64,000 bases of DNA from Armatimonadota bacterium (GCA_038207085.1 JBBRAE010000014.1:1-64000), one strand, 5' to 3'; shown: positions 10,747 through 21,206, counted from the first letter of the stretch. Notes: generated from the sequence alone by a model not told the origin. A program made the numbers and translations.

Positions 10747-11587
10747 AAAGTGTTGCCAGCGGACAATCGCGGAAAGCGTGACGATTGCCGGTACGGGTCT
10801 CCACTCCGGAGGCAAGTGCGTTGTGGTGGTGCATCCGGCTGAGGCTGATACCGGGGTGGTGTTTGCGGCGAAAGGCGAGAAGATTCGCTGCCTTGCCTCA
10901 AACGTCGTAGGTACGGCTCGGGGCACGAACATCGGGCGAAACGGCACGAAGTTTCAGACGATCGAGCATTTGATGGCGGCTATGAACGGGCTTGGGATCG
11001 ACAACGGTATCGTCGAGGTCAGCGGCCCTGAGATGCCGGCTCTGGATGGCAGCGCTCTTCCTTACGTAGAGGAGATACTAAGCGTCGGCATTGTTGTGCA
11101 GAGCCAGCCAAAACGCGTGCTTGAGATTGACGAGCCCGTGAGCGTCGTAAATGGAGACAGTTTCATTCTAGCCGTGCCCGCAAAGACGCTGAAGATCACG
11201 TATGTGATGAGCTACGACCACCCTATGATCGGTAGGCAGTCGCCGACGTATGTGATAAACGAGGACAATTTTACCCGGCACATCGCCGCTGCGAGAACGT
11301 TTTGTTTGTATGAAGAGATCGCTCACCTGATCAGCCAGGACCTCGCGCTCGGTGGAAGCATCGCAAACGCGATTGTGATCTGGCAGGACAGGTACAGCTC
11401 GGATCTCAGGTTCCCTGACGAGCTCGCGCGTCACAAGATGCTCGACCTCGTGGGCGACCTCGCTCTTCTCGGCATGAACCTCGCAGCCGAGATCGTCGCT
11501 GTGAAGACCGGTCATGCGATGAATGTGGAGCTGGTCCGAAAGCTCACCGAGCAGATGCCGGTCGACGAGTCGCGAGAAGCGGCGTAA
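10727..11587 (+). CDS. lpxC: UDP-3-O-acyl-GlcNAc deacetylase
   Basis: [46 protein letters not shown]. Confidence 0.97.
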   Translation: MTVEVVEKCCQRTIAESVTIAGTGLHSGGKCVVVVHPAEADTGVVFAAKGEKIRCLASNVVGTARGTNIGRNGTKFQTIEHLMAAMNGLGIDNGIVEVSGPEMPALDGSALPYVEEILSVGIVVQSQPKRVLEIDEPVSVVNGDSFILAVPAKTLKITYVMSYDHPMIGRQSPTYVINEDNFTRHIAAARTFCLYEEIAHLISQDLALGGSIANAIVIWQDRYSSDLRFPDELARHKMLDLVGDLALLGMNLAAEIVAVKTGHAMNVELVRKLTEQMPVDESREAA

Positions 11588-11657
11588 GTAAAGTTTCGTT
11601 GCATCATCAAGTTTATCGCACACGGGCACAGCGCCCGTGTCGGAGGTGTAGGAAAAT

Positions 11658-12200
11658 ATGGCGAGTCAGATCGCTGAAGTCGTGAAGAAAGAAGAGAGGT
11701 CTCTCCCAGTGGAAAAGGGATACGTTATGGACGTTGAGGAAATCAGGGCGGTACTGCCGCACCGTTTTCCTTTCCTGCTTGTTGACAGGATTCTCGAGCT
11801 CGAGCCCGGACTAAGAGCTGTCGGTCTCAAGAATGTAACCATCAACGAACCATTCTTTCAGGGACACTTTCCAGGGCACGCTGTGATGCCCGGTGTTCTT
11901 GTATGTGAAGCGATTGCTCAGGTCGGTGGCGTGGTTATGCTTACACTGAGCGGCAATCAGGGCAAGCTCGCTTACTTTGGCGGTATGGACAAAGTTCGCT
12001 TCCGCAAGCCCGTACTGCCGGGAGATACACTCATCATCAAGGTGGAAACCATCAGGGTTCACGGACCCATCGGCAAAATTCGTGCGGTTGCCAGCGTTGA
12101 CAACCACGTAGTATGCGAGGGTGAGTTCACATGTGCGCTTGTGAGCCGCAAGAAGGACGAAAAGGCGGGCGACAATGACGTCGAACACCGGAACGAGTGA
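11658..12200 (+). CDS. fabZ: 3-hydroxyacyl-ACP dehydratase
   Basis: LPHRFPFLLVDRI, KNVTINEPFFQGHFP, MPGVL..EA.AQ. Confidence 0.97.
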   Translation: MASQIAEVVKKEERSLPVEKGYVMDVEEIRAVLPHRFPFLLVDRILELEPGLRAVGLKNVTINEPFFQGHFPGHAVMPGVLVCEAIAQVGGVVMLTLSGNQGKLAYFGGMDKVRFRKPVLPGDTLIIKVETIRVHGPIGKIRAVASVDNHVVCEGEFTCALVSRKKDEKAGDNDVEHRNE

Positions 12201-13023
12201 GAGTGCTATGAAGAACCCAGAAATCGCGACAGAAATACACCCGAGCGCGATCGTTCATCCTTCGGCCGTACTCGGCGACGGGGTTGAGATAGGGGCTTTT
12301 TGCGTTATCGGCGCCGATGTGCGCATTGGTGACGGTACCAAGCTCTCCTCGAACGTCGTCGTCGAGCGATTCACGACCCTTGGAAAGAACTGCCGGATCG
12401 AACAGGGCGCAGTGCTTGGCGGGCTTCCGCAGGACTACAAGTTCCACGGCGAGCGGAGTTTCCTTGATATCGGCAATAACAACATCATCCGTGAGTTTTG
12501 CACGATTCACAGGGCGAGCGGTGAAGAGGAGTCGACCACCATCGGTGACAACAACATGCTGATGGCGTACTGTCATGTCGGCCACAACTGCAAGCTCGGA
12601 AGCAATATCACGATGGCGAACAATGTCGGTATCAGCGGACATACGCTTGTTGAGGACAGGGTCGTGTTTGGCGGGATGACCGGCGTGCATCAGAACGTGC
12701 GCATCGGCAAGCTTGCGATGGTCGGCGGGATGAGCAAGGTCGTTCAGGACGTGCCACCGTTTATGATGGCCGACGGCAGACCTACCAAGGTCTACGACCT
12801 GAACGTCATCGGACTGAGAAGGACCGGCGTCGCTCCCAGAGTGCGCGCTGGGCTCAGGCAGACCCAGAAGCTGCTTTATCGCTCGGGAATGAACGTTGCG
12901 CAGGCTATCGAGGCGATCGAAGCGCAGATTGAGCCGAGCCCGGAGCTTACCTACCTGCTGGACTTCGTGAAGAACATCAGGTGCGGTAACCACGGCAGGC
13001 AGAAAGAGCACCCAAAGGTATAA
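12175..13023 (+). CDS. lpxA: UDP-GlcNAc acyltransferase
   Basis: IHPSAIV, PQDYKF, IREFCTIHR, HVGHNC, VHQNVRIG; alternative start 12208. Confidence 0.97.
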   Translation: MTSNTGTSESAMKNPEIATEIHPSAIVHPSAVLGDGVEIGAFCVIGADVRIGDGTKLSSNVVVERFTTLGKNCRIEQGAVLGGLPQDYKFHGERSFLDIGNNNIIREFCTIHRASGEEESTTIGDNNMLMAYCHVGHNCKLGSNITMANNVGISGHTLVEDRVVFGGMTGVHQNVRIGKLAMVGGMSKVVQDVPPFMMADGRPTKVYDLNVIGLRRTGVAPRVRAGLRQTQKLLYRSGMNVAQAIEAIEAQIEPSPELTYLLDFVKNIRCGNHGRQKEHPKV

Positions 13024-13030
13024 CACGCAA

Positions 13031-14194
13031 TTGCCAAGTGTCGCAATAGTCGCGGGAGAGGCCTCCGGGGACGCAAGTGGGGCCGCTCTTGCGCTTGAGC
13101 TTAGGAACCTGTGCCCTGAGATCGAAATCTGGGGCGCAGGTGGGCACGGCATGCGTGACGCCGGTGTGCGGATCGTCGCCGACTTTTCATGGGCGGGGGC
13201 GATCGGGATCGTCGAGTCGCTCCGGCTTGTGCCGAGGCTCCTTGGTGAGCAGAAACGCCTGAAACGCGAGCTAGTGGCGCGCAGGCCGGACGTGTTTGTG
13301 CCGATAGATTTCGGCGCGTTCAACGTGCCCTTGGGCAAGTTCGCCCGCAGTGAGGGTATCAAGACCGTTTACTATTTCCCGCCGGGTTCATGGAGGAGAC
13401 GGGCGAAGGACTCTTCCAACCTTGTCGCCGCGTCCGATAAGATCATTACCCCGTTTCCCTGGTCAGAGACCAACTTGAGAGATCAGGGAGCAGACGCGCA
13501 GTTCTACGGGCACCCGATGCTGGACCGCGTCGCGGCGAAGATGACCGAGTCGGATTACAGAGGCGTGCTTGGTGTCTCTGGTGACGCTCCGCTAGTCGGG
13601 TTTTTGCCCGGAAGCCGCACGCATGAGATCGACAATATCATGCCCGTGATGATTGGCGCGGCTGAGATGATCGCGAACGTCATTCCCAACGCTGGCCCGT
13701 TTGTGATCGGCGCGGGCTCGGAGAGGGCAGCCGAGCGAATCGGGCGGGTGATGCGCCGGGCGAAAGCGCCCAATGGGATGTTCCGGGTCGTGCGCGAGAT
13801 GACCTACGAGGTTATGGCCCACTCGGACCTCGTCGTAACCTGCTCAGGCACTGCCACGCTTGAGTCGATGATCCTTGGCACGCCGATGGTCATCGTCTAC
13901 CGTGGTTCCAAGCTGATGAAGCTTGAATATTTGTTCAGAAAGAGCATCCTCGAAGATTTCATCGGGATGCCTAACATAATCGCCGGGAGGAGTATATGTC
14001 CGGAATTGCTGGCCGAACAGGCATCACGGGAGGGGATCGCGAAGACGGCGATCAGTCTTCTGTCGGATCAGGCGGCGCTATCACAAATGAAGGAAGATCT
14101 GAGGTCGTCACTAAGAGTCCTCGGGGAGCCAGGCGCGACGAGATCAGCTGCTCAGGCGGTCCTCAGGGCAATCTCTCCATCTTTGCTCGGGTAA
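13031..14194 (+). CDS. lpxB: Lipid A disaccharide synthase
   Basis: AGEASGD, IDF..FN, GHP, LPGSR.HEI, SGTATLE, MPNII. Confidence 0.95.
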   Translation: MPSVAIVAGEASGDASGAALALELRNLCPEIEIWGAGGHGMRDAGVRIVADFSWAGAIGIVESLRLVPRLLGEQKRLKRELVARRPDVFVPIDFGAFNVPLGKFARSEGIKTVYYFPPGSWRRRAKDSSNLVAASDKIITPFPWSETNLRDQGADAQFYGHPMLDRVAAKMTESDYRGVLGVSGDAPLVGFLPGSRTHEIDNIMPVMIGAAEMIANVIPNAGPFVIGAGSERAAERIGRVMRRAKAPNGMFRVVREMTYEVMAHSDLVVTCSGTATLESMILGTPMVIVYRGSKLMKLEYLFRKSILEDFIGMPNIIAGRSICPELLAEQASREGIAKTAISLLSDQAALSQMKEDLRSSLRVLGEPGATRSAAQAVLRAISPSLLG

Positions 14195-14724
14195 CGCGCT
14201 TTTTCTTCCGCAAGCGGACGGCTTTTCTGCCGGTTGCCGCGCTTTTCCTGCTTGTCATGGCCCATCCCACACCGAGAGGCTTTGGGATAGGGATGATTTT
14301 TGTCGCGCTTGGTCAGGCCATAAGAATGTGGTCGGCCGGGCACCTTGTGAAGTGTGACGACCTGACGACCTCCGGGCCGTTTGGGTGGGTGCGAAACCCG
14401 CTCTACGTCGGAAGTTTGCTGCTGGCCTGCGGCTACTGTGCGATCAGCGGCGGCTGGGTCGTTTGGGCGGTCGTGATGCCGATGTTTATAATCGCCCACG
14501 GCTCTGCGGTCTTATGGGAAGAGAAATTTCTTCTTCAGACCTACGGGGAGGCGTTCGCCGGGTATTGCAAGTCCGTCCCGAGGTGGTTTCCAAAGCCCCC
14601 AATAGACCGCAAGCCGGGTAAGAAGTTCTCGTGGTCGCTTATGGTCACCAACGCCGAACCGAAGTCGCTTGTCGGAACCGCGATAGTGGTTTCGATCTTT
14701 GCTGCGAGGATGTACTTTGGATAG
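13996..14724 (+). CDS. ICMT/Ste14-family membrane methyltransferase (LmtA-like candidate)
   Basis: R.WSAG, LTTSGPF.WVRNPLYVG, WEEKFL...YG..F..YC.SVPRW.P; start uncertain (true start may be near 14190-14257). Confidence 0.8.
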   Translation: MSGIAGRTGITGGDREDGDQSSVGSGGAITNEGRSEVVTKSPRGARRDEISCSGGPQGNLSIFARVTRFFFRKRTAFLPVAALFLLVMAHPTPRGFGIGMIFVALGQAIRMWSAGHLVKCDDLTTSGPFGWVRNPLYVGSLLLACGYCAISGGWVVWAVVMPMFIIAHGSAVLWEEKFLLQTYGEAFAGYCKSVPRWFPKPPIDRKPGKKFSWSLMVTNAEPKSLVGTAIVVSIFAARMYFG

Positions 14725-16525
14725 TAACAAACCAGACGCCCGAAAGCGCCTTGTCGGTTATGTTCTTGAGAACAAGTGGCGTTTCCTGACCGGTGCGGTG
14801 CTGGGCGCCATCTTTACGGGTCTCGAATACCGCGCGCTCACGCTTCTGAAGCCGTTCTTTAACCTTGCCGGAGCGAGCGGCGGGCATCACGCGCTCGGCG
14901 TTTGGGCTGACGTGGTTAAGATCACGCTGTTTTATATGGCGATTCAGATACCCAAGGGCCTCGCGTTTTACTTCCAGTTTTATGCGATTTCCTCGGCTAC
15001 GAACCGTATAGCAACGACGATCAGGAACGATATCTACCGGCATCTCCATCGGATGTCGCTGACGTATTTCGAACGCCAGAGGATCGGGCACCTCATGTCT
15101 CGAATGACAAACGATGTGGGTCTGATCCAAAACGGCGCAAGCTCGGTGATCGACTTTCTCACCGCGCCGATGATGGTGATCGCCGGACTCGTGCAGATGT
15201 TTATAATCAGCTGGCGGCTGGCGATTATCTGCGTCGTGTTTGTGCCGGTGATCGGCTGGGTGATCGGCAAGATCACCCGGAAGATGCGAAATCTGACGAC
15301 TACCCTGCAACTCGCGCTTGCCGATGTTGCCGCGGTCTTTGAAGAAACGATCGCCGGAGTGCGCATCGTGAAGTCTTTCGGGATGGAGGGCCACGAGGTC
15401 CGCAGGTTCCGGGACTTCAACGGCAGGAGTCTGCGCGCCGCGCAGAAAGCCGCGAGAAGAAACGCCGCCGTAACCCCTGTGACCGAGCTCTTCGGCTCGC
15501 TTGCGGTTGTCGCGATAATTTTGGTTGGTGGCTGGCAGGTGGTCCATCACCAGCTCGATTTCGGAAGTTTCGCCGTATTCGGCGGGATCGGTTTCTACGT
15601 CTCATCGAACGCGAAGAAGATCGGTCGCCTGAGCGTCACCTACCACCAGACCATGTCCGGCGTTGAGCGAATCTTTGAGATTCTGGACCAAGAGCCCGAC
15701 ATGCCTGATGCGCCGGATGCGCTCGAACTTGGGCAGATCGAGGGGCTGGTCGAGTTCCGGGACGTGTCGTTCTCTTACAGCACGGGCGAAGAGGTGCTCT
15801 CAAAGCTTTCGTTTGTGATTGAGCCCGGCAAGTCGGTGGCGATTGTCGGCCCGAGCGGCGCTGGCAAGTCTACGATTGCGAACATTATTCCGAGGTTTTA
15901 TGAAGTGACCGGCGGCGCGGTGTTGGTCGACGGGCACGACGTGCGCGAGGTTACGACCGCGTCCCTTCGCCGACACATGGCGATCGTCCCTCAGGAGACT
16001 ATTCTCTTTAGCGGCACGCTTCGGGACAACATCGCCTACGGGCGGCCCGATGCCTCAGACGAAGAGATCGTCGCCGCAGCAAAGGCCGCGAACGCACACG
16101 ACTTTGTCACAGCGTTTGAGGACGGCTACCAAACCATAATCGGCGAGCGGGGGGCGAGGCTTTCGGGCGGCGAGCGGCAGAGGATTTCCATCGCCCGTGC
16201 GATTCTAAAAGACCCGAGAATCTTGATTCTCGATGAAGCTACAAGCTCACTTGACGCGACAAGCGAAAGGCTCGTGCAGCAGGCGCTCGACAAGCTGATG
16301 CAGGGGCGCTCCACGCTTGTTATCGCGCACAGGCTGAGCACTATCACCAAGGTCGATGAGATCATCGTGCTCGCTCGCGGCGAGATCGTCGAGCGGGGTG
16401 ACTTCAAGACGCTTCTGGCAAAGGACGGCGTGTTTGCGAGGCTTTACCGCTCGCAGTACGATGTGCAGGCGGTCGCAGCGACCGCCGGGGCAAGCTCAAG
16501 TGAAACAGCTCTGGAAGAAAGTTAA
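14717..16525 (+). CDS. msbA: Lipid A flippase ABC transporter
   Basis: TM domain plus GPSGAGKST, LSGGERQR, ILDEATSSLD, IAHRLST; located in the lpx operon. Confidence 0.88.
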   Translation: MDSNKPDARKRLVGYVLENKWRFLTGAVLGAIFTGLEYRALTLLKPFFNLAGASGGHHALGVWADVVKITLFYMAIQIPKGLAFYFQFYAISSATNRIATTIRNDIYRHLHRMSLTYFERQRIGHLMSRMTNDVGLIQNGASSVIDFLTAPMMVIAGLVQMFIISWRLAIICVVFVPVIGWVIGKITRKMRNLTTTLQLALADVAAVFEETIAGVRIVKSFGMEGHEVRRFRDFNGRSLRAAQKAARRNAAVTPVTELFGSLAVVAIILVGGWQVVHHQLDFGSFAVFGGIGFYVSSNAKKIGRLSVTYHQTMSGVERIFEILDQEPDMPDAPDALELGQIEGLVEFRDVSFSYSTGEEVLSKLSFVIEPGKSVAIVGPSGAGKSTIANIIPRFYEVTGGAVLVDGHDVREVTTASLRRHMAIVPQETILFSGTLRDNIAYGRPDASDEEIVAAAKAANAHDFVTAFEDGYQTIIGERGARLSGGERQRISIARAILKDPRILILDEATSSLDATSERLVQQALDKLMQGRSTLVIAHRLSTITKVDEIIVLARGEIVERGDFKTLLAKDGVFARLYRSQYDVQAVAATAGASSSETALEES

Positions 16526-17186
16526 AACGACTATCACCTGGCGGCTATTGTGGCTCGTTTCGACGGGAATCGCCTACTCGGTGCGCACCAAAACCGTGGG
16601 TGAGGAACGCGTCGAGAAGATGATCGCGGATGGCAAAGGTGGGATCATCGCCACCTGGCACGGCACGACCATGCTCCCCATTTTCTGCTGTCGGCACCGT
16701 GGGCTTTGGGCGATTGTCTCCAAAAGCCGCGACGGCGAGCTGCAGAACAGGCTCGTGCAGAGCCGTGGCTTCAGGACCATTCGTGGGTCGAGTGGGGCAC
16801 AGGGTTTGCGCGCGTTTCTTGAGGCCGCGAGACGCATCAGAGAGGGCGCTGTGATCGCGATCACCCCCGATGGGCCGCGAGGGCCTGCGTGCGTCGTTCA
16901 GCCCGGCACCGTGCTTCTTGCGGGAAGAGGCGGATGCGACATCATCCCGGTCGGGGTCGCCATCGAGCCCGCGTGGCGTCTGGGTTCCTGGGACAGCCAT
17001 ATGATCCCCAAGCCGTTTTCAAAAGCCGTCATCGTCTTTGGCGAGCCGCTTCGTATAGATGAGTGCAGAGGCGACGAGGAAACCGATGCCGCCCGCGTGC
17101 TGATCGGTGAAGCGATGGACCGCTCCGTCGCCCAGGCCGAGGCCGCGCTTTACGGGAAGGACAGGGGCGATGTGGCTCGCATATAA
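16500..17186 (+). CDS. lpxJ: DUF374 lipid A late acyltransferase (LpxJ family)
   Basis: WHG, VS.SRDGE, IRGSS, ITPDGPRGP, SWD...IPKPF; GTG start at 16500. Confidence 0.8.
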   Translation: MKQLWKKVKTTITWRLLWLVSTGIAYSVRTKTVGEERVEKMIADGKGGIIATWHGTTMLPIFCCRHRGLWAIVSKSRDGELQNRLVQSRGFRTIRGSSGAQGLRAFLEAARRIREGAVIAITPDGPRGPACVVQPGTVLLAGRGGCDIIPVGVAIEPAWRLGSWDSHMIPKPFSKAVIVFGEPLRIDECRGDEETDAARVLIGEAMDRSVAQAEAALYGKDRGDVARI

Positions 17187-18459
17187 CCTCGCGCTTTTCG
17201 TCCTGTACCCCGCAATCGCGCTTTACATGCTCTGGCGTGTCGTTGGGTCGAAGAAGTCCCGTGGCGCGTGGCGCGAGCAGCTTGGAATCCTGCCAGAGTC
17301 GCTCAAACGGGTTGATCGAGCACGCCCGAGGGTTTGGATACACGCCGTTTCAGTGGGTGAGGCTGTCGCTAGCACCTCGATTTTTCGGGAGCTTCGAGCG
17401 CTTATGCCCGACGCCGAGCTGATCGTCTCTACGACTACGACTACGGGGCAGGCGGTCGCCCGGAAGTCTATACCAGAGGCCGACCACGCGATATTTTTCC
17501 CGCTCGACCTGCCGTTCTCGGTCGCGCGAAGCCTTCGAGTTGTGCGCCCGGACGTGTTTGTCAGCGTAGAGAGCGAGATTTGGCCGAACTTCTTCGCTGC
17601 CGCAAAACGCATGGGCGTGCGTGTGCTGGTCGTAAACGGCATCGTCTCTGACCGAACGGTCCTACGGGGTCACAGTCTCCGGGGCGTCTACAGGTGGACA
17701 CTTGGAAACGTCTGTCGAGCGCTTATGCAGACCGGGTTGGATCAGAAACGATTGATTGAGCTTGGCGCTGATTCGGCAAGGGTCGAAGTGGTCGGGAATT
17801 GTAAGTTTGACCAGGAAAACGGGCCGCTCGCGCCCGAACAGGCCACGGATATGCGCCGCATCTATGGCGTTGCCGACGGGCAGAATGTTTTCGTCGCCGG
17901 GAGCACCAACCCCGGCGAGGACGAGCCAGCGTTTGACGCGCTCATCGAGGCCAGAAAGACGCATCCCAGACTGAAGATGATTATCGCGCCGAGGCAGATC
18001 GAGCGCGCGGACGAGATCGGTGAGATGGCCGCATCCCGTGGCCTGTCGTTTGGCAGACGAAGCGAGGGCGAACTCAAGGGCAGCGAAGACGTGGTCATCT
18101 TGGACACGTTTGGCGAGCTTGGGAGCGTCTATGGCATCGGGGACGTCGCTTTCGTCGGCGGGAGCCTGATCCCCAAGGGTGGGCACAACATCCTTCAGCC
18201 GATCAGCCAGGGAAAACCCGTGTTTTTCGGCCCGCACACGTTCAAGAGTCGCGATCTTGTCCGTCAGGCGAGCGCATATCAAGTAGGTTTTGAGATCGCG
18301 GACGGGAAAGCGCTGGGCGACGGCATCGCGAGGCTTTTGTCTGACCATGATCAGCTCAAAGTGATTTCAGAGCGCGCCGCCGAGATGATGGCCGCAAACC
18401 GGGGCGCTTCAAACAGGTGCGCGCAGGCGATAGCCGACGCTGCGAGAGGCAAGTCGTGA
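17170..18459 (+). CDS. waaA: Kdo transferase
   Basis: WIHAVSVGE, STTTTTG, ESEIWPN, GNCKFD, AGST, LDTFGEL, VGGSL...GGHNIL.P. Confidence 0.95.
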   Translation: MWLAYNLALFVLYPAIALYMLWRVVGSKKSRGAWREQLGILPESLKRVDRARPRVWIHAVSVGEAVASTSIFRELRALMPDAELIVSTTTTTGQAVARKSIPEADHAIFFPLDLPFSVARSLRVVRPDVFVSVESEIWPNFFAAAKRMGVRVLVVNGIVSDRTVLRGHSLRGVYRWTLGNVCRALMQTGLDQKRLIELGADSARVEVVGNCKFDQENGPLAPEQATDMRRIYGVADGQNVFVAGSTNPGEDEPAFDALIEARKTHPRLKMIIAPRQIERADEIGEMAASRGLSFGRRSEGELKGSEDVVILDTFGELGSVYGIGDVAFVGGSLIPKGGHNILQPISQGKPVFFGPHTFKSRDLVRQASAYQVGFEIADGKALGDGIARLLSDHDQLKVISERAAEMMAANRGASNRCAQAIADAARGKS

Positions 18460-19535
18460 GTCGAACCCAAGCGCCCGGCTCCTGGCCCCCGGTGTGGCTC
18501 GTCCCCGCGCTTGCGCCGCTTTCGTGGCTGTATCAGACCGGCCTGTCGTTCTATCTTGCACCCTACGAGCTTGGGATCAGAAAACAGCACCAGCTTGGGT
18601 GCCGGGTCGTCTGCGTGGGGAACTTAACCTTTGGCGGGACAGGCAAGAGTCCGATGGTCCGCGCTATTTGCCGTGAAATTCAAATACTCGGACTGCGTCC
18701 CGCAGTTCTTAGCCGAGGTCACGGAGGGCGGATGTGCCTTGCCGGTGGCCTTGTGTCGGACGGCGAAAAGAGGCTGATGGAAGCCGTCGACTCAGGTGAC
18801 GAACCGGCGCTTCTTGCCGACTCGCTTCCTGGTGTGCCGGTCGCGATCGGCAAAGACCGCGGAAAGTCCGGCGAGATGGTGATCGAACGATTTTCTCCCG
18901 ATATAATCGTCCTTGACGACGGCATGCAGTACTGGCAGCTCCATCGCGACGCCGATATCGTGCTTGTGAGCGCCGTCGACCCGTTCGGGAACGGCTGGGT
19001 GCTTCCTGCTGGAACGCTTCGCGAGCCTGTGTCGGGGATATCGCGGGCTTCGGCGGTCGTCGTCACGGGCGCTGAGGCTGTGAGCCGGGAACTGGCGGTT
19101 GGGGTGGCTGAGCAGATGAAGATCCGCGCGCCGGAGGCCGAGGTCTTTATCGCACGTCGTGAGCCGACAGCCGTTATCGACACCCGGACCGGAGAACAAA
19201 GAGGCGTCGAGACGCTTCGGGGGATGAAAGTAGTCGCAGTCTCGGGGATCGCAAACCCCCAATCGTTTGAATCGGCACTTGAGCGGCTTGGCGCCGATAT
19301 CGCCGCACGCGTGCGCTTTGGGGACCACGCGGAATACTCGCAGACCCAGATTGATACTGTTAGAAAGGCTTTAAAGGACACTGGAGCGGTGGCGGTCGTT
19401 ACCACTGCAAAGGACGCGGTAAAGTATCGCATACCCGAAGGGCTCTTGGTGCTAGATATGAATATGGTTGTTGAGAATATGGACAGGCTCGTTCGCCTGG
19501 TTATCGGAAATATGGAGGTTGCCGGAGTTGAGTAA
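18456..19535 (+). CDS. lpxK: Tetraacyldisaccharide 4'-kinase
   Basis: VGNLTFGGTGKSP, LSRG, GDEP, LDDG.Q, LPAG.LREP, SGIANP, F.DH, TT.KDAVK. Confidence 0.95.
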   Translation: MSRTQAPGSWPPVWLVPALAPLSWLYQTGLSFYLAPYELGIRKQHQLGCRVVCVGNLTFGGTGKSPMVRAICREIQILGLRPAVLSRGHGGRMCLAGGLVSDGEKRLMEAVDSGDEPALLADSLPGVPVAIGKDRGKSGEMVIERFSPDIIVLDDGMQYWQLHRDADIVLVSAVDPFGNGWVLPAGTLREPVSGISRASAVVVTGAEAVSRELAVGVAEQMKIRAPEAEVFIARREPTAVIDTRTGEQRGVETLRGMKVVAVSGIANPQSFESALERLGADIAARVRFGDHAEYSQTQIDTVRKALKDTGAVAVVTTAKDAVKYRIPEGLLVLDMNMVVENMDRLVRLVIGNMEVAGVE

Positions 19536-20466
19536 GCCCGGTGGCAAAAAGTGGATAGTTGGAATCGCGGGGAGGTTCGCCTTCACGGCGCTTTCTTTTG
19601 TGGCAAAACGCCTGAACCCGAAGCGCATGGAACGCTGGGGCATGGCACTCGGCGATTTCATAAGACTCTCATCGTCTCGTTATCGTAGAGTGGTGAAAAA
19701 GAACCTCACCCGGGCGTTCCCGGACTGGAGCGAGGCGGAGGTAGAGCGGGTGGGCCGCAAGGTCTTCGGTCACTTCGCCCGTGGGATTCTTGAGTTCTTT
19801 CATCTGCTCAATCTCTCACGGGAGGACGTTGACCGCTGGGTCGACATCACGGGCACGGAGCACCTCGACCGGGCGCTTGAAGCTGGTCACGGCGCGGTTC
19901 TGATCACCGCGCATTACGGCAACTGGGAGCTTTTCGCGCGAAAACTCGTGCTGAGAGGCTACCCCTTAAACGTGATCGCCCGCGATAGCGACGACGCCGG
20001 GATGACGGGAATCGCGAACAAAATCCGAGAAAGCGCGGGGTACCACGTGCTTTCAAGAGAAAACGCGGCGCTTCCTGCCATCAGAAGGCTGAAGAAAAAC
20101 GAGCTTCTCGGGATCCTTCCCGATCAAAACAGCTTCACGGGAATTATGGTCGACTTCTTCGGCCACCCGGCAATGACTGCTACCGGCCCTGCGGTGTTTT
20201 CGCTAAAGGCCGGGTCGCCGGTAATCTGCGGGTTTGGTCACAGAGAGCCCGATGGCCGGTTCAAGGTGACTATCCATCCGCCGCTTGAGGTCGAGATCAC
20301 GGGTGACGACGAAACCGACACCCGCACAATCACTGCGGCCTTCACAAAGGCAATCGAACAGGAAATACGCAAAGACCCGTCTCAGTGGCTCTGGCTGCAC
20401 GACCGTTGGAGGCGCGCAGACGACATTGTATCGGGGAGACTGCCGAACACGGAGAAAACAGGTTGA
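19528..20466 (+). CDS. lpxL: Lipid A lauroyl/late acyltransferase (LpxL/HtrB family)
   Basis: HYGNWE, LPDQ, VDFFG, IRKDPSQWLWLHDRWR. Confidence 0.88.
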   Translation: MSKPGGKKWIVGIAGRFAFTALSFVAKRLNPKRMERWGMALGDFIRLSSSRYRRVVKKNLTRAFPDWSEAEVERVGRKVFGHFARGILEFFHLLNLSREDVDRWVDITGTEHLDRALEAGHGAVLITAHYGNWELFARKLVLRGYPLNVIARDSDDAGMTGIANKIRESAGYHVLSRENAALPAIRRLKKNELLGILPDQNSFTGIMVDFFGHPAMTATGPAVFSLKAGSPVICGFGHREPDGRFKVTIHPPLEVEITGDDETDTRTITAAFTKAIEQEIRKDPSQWLWLHDRWRRADDIVSGRLPNTEKTG

Positions 20467-21206
20467 AGACATTACGCATCGCCGCGATACTATTTAGTCT
20501 ATTTGCTGCCGCATCAGGGGTGGCTGTGGCTGACACGGTTGACGCGCTCGGAGGACTTCGGGCGAATATTGAACAGAACAGCAAGCTGAAAGACATGAGG
20601 GCGACGGTCAGCGTCGTCCAGTCCAACCGCAAAGAGCTTGAGAAGATGGGCAAGACCTTCGCCGAGGGATATCAGTTCAAGAAGGCCACCGTGGCTTTCA
20701 AGTGCCCTGATAAGTTCAAGGTAAATGGCACGCTCGGGATGGTGAAGGCCGAGTTTATCACCACCGGCACGAAGAGAATCGTCCGAATACCATCAATGAA
20801 GATGAAAAAGATCGAGGACATCAGCGACGAAGTCCAGAAACGTATGACCAGCCTTGATGTGGGCGTCGTAAGCCCGAGCATCTGGCAGGTGTACAAGATC
20901 GCTCTGGAACGCACCGAGTCAAACGAGCAGGGTAAAGTTTACGTGCTCGAGCTGACGACTGATGGCAGCAAAAAATCGCAGTTGGTGTGGGTGACTGAAG
21001 TCGGCCACAAGCTGATTCGCCGCGACAGGCTTCAGGACGACGGCAGCATCAAGGTGAAAACCGTCTACTCCGGCCACAAAGATACGTCAGGGGTATGGGT
21101 ACCGACCAAGGCTGAGGTGTATAATGGGGATGGCAAGCTGGCTGCCGTGACCGACACCAAAGATATCGTGGTAAACGCCGGCATTGACGACAAGGAGTTT
21201 GAGTAA
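20463..21206 (+). CDS. LolA-like outer-membrane lipoprotein-sorting protein
   Basis: Signal peptide, FK.PDKFKV, beta-rich body, terminal VNAGIDDKEF typical of LolA-like folds. Confidence 0.65.
   Translation: MKTLRIAAILFSLFAAASGVAVADTVDALGGLRANIEQNSKLKDMRATVSVVQSNRKELEKMGKTFAEGYQFKKATVAFKCPDKFKVNGTLGMVKAEFITTGTKRIVRIPSMKMKKIEDISDEVQKRMTSLDVGVVSPSIWQVYKIALERTESNEQGKVYVLELTTDGSKKSQLVWVTEVGHKLIRRDRLQDDGSIKVKTVYSGHKDTSGVWVPTKAEVYNGDGKLAAVTDTKDIVVNAGIDDKEFE

Noticed and set aside
9508..10947. 479-aa minus-strand ORF, and similar long antisense ORFs (12127-13362, 14645-15550, 31588-32484)
   Set aside because: Shadow frames of well-supported genes in GC-rich DNA, no motifs
11620..11640. Hairpin before the fabZ SD
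   Set aside because: Single 8-bp stem, no U-tract or second copy; not interpretable
20721..20730. Fourth copy of the GTAAATGGC hairpin
   Set aside because: Inside a CDS and lacks the inverted arm
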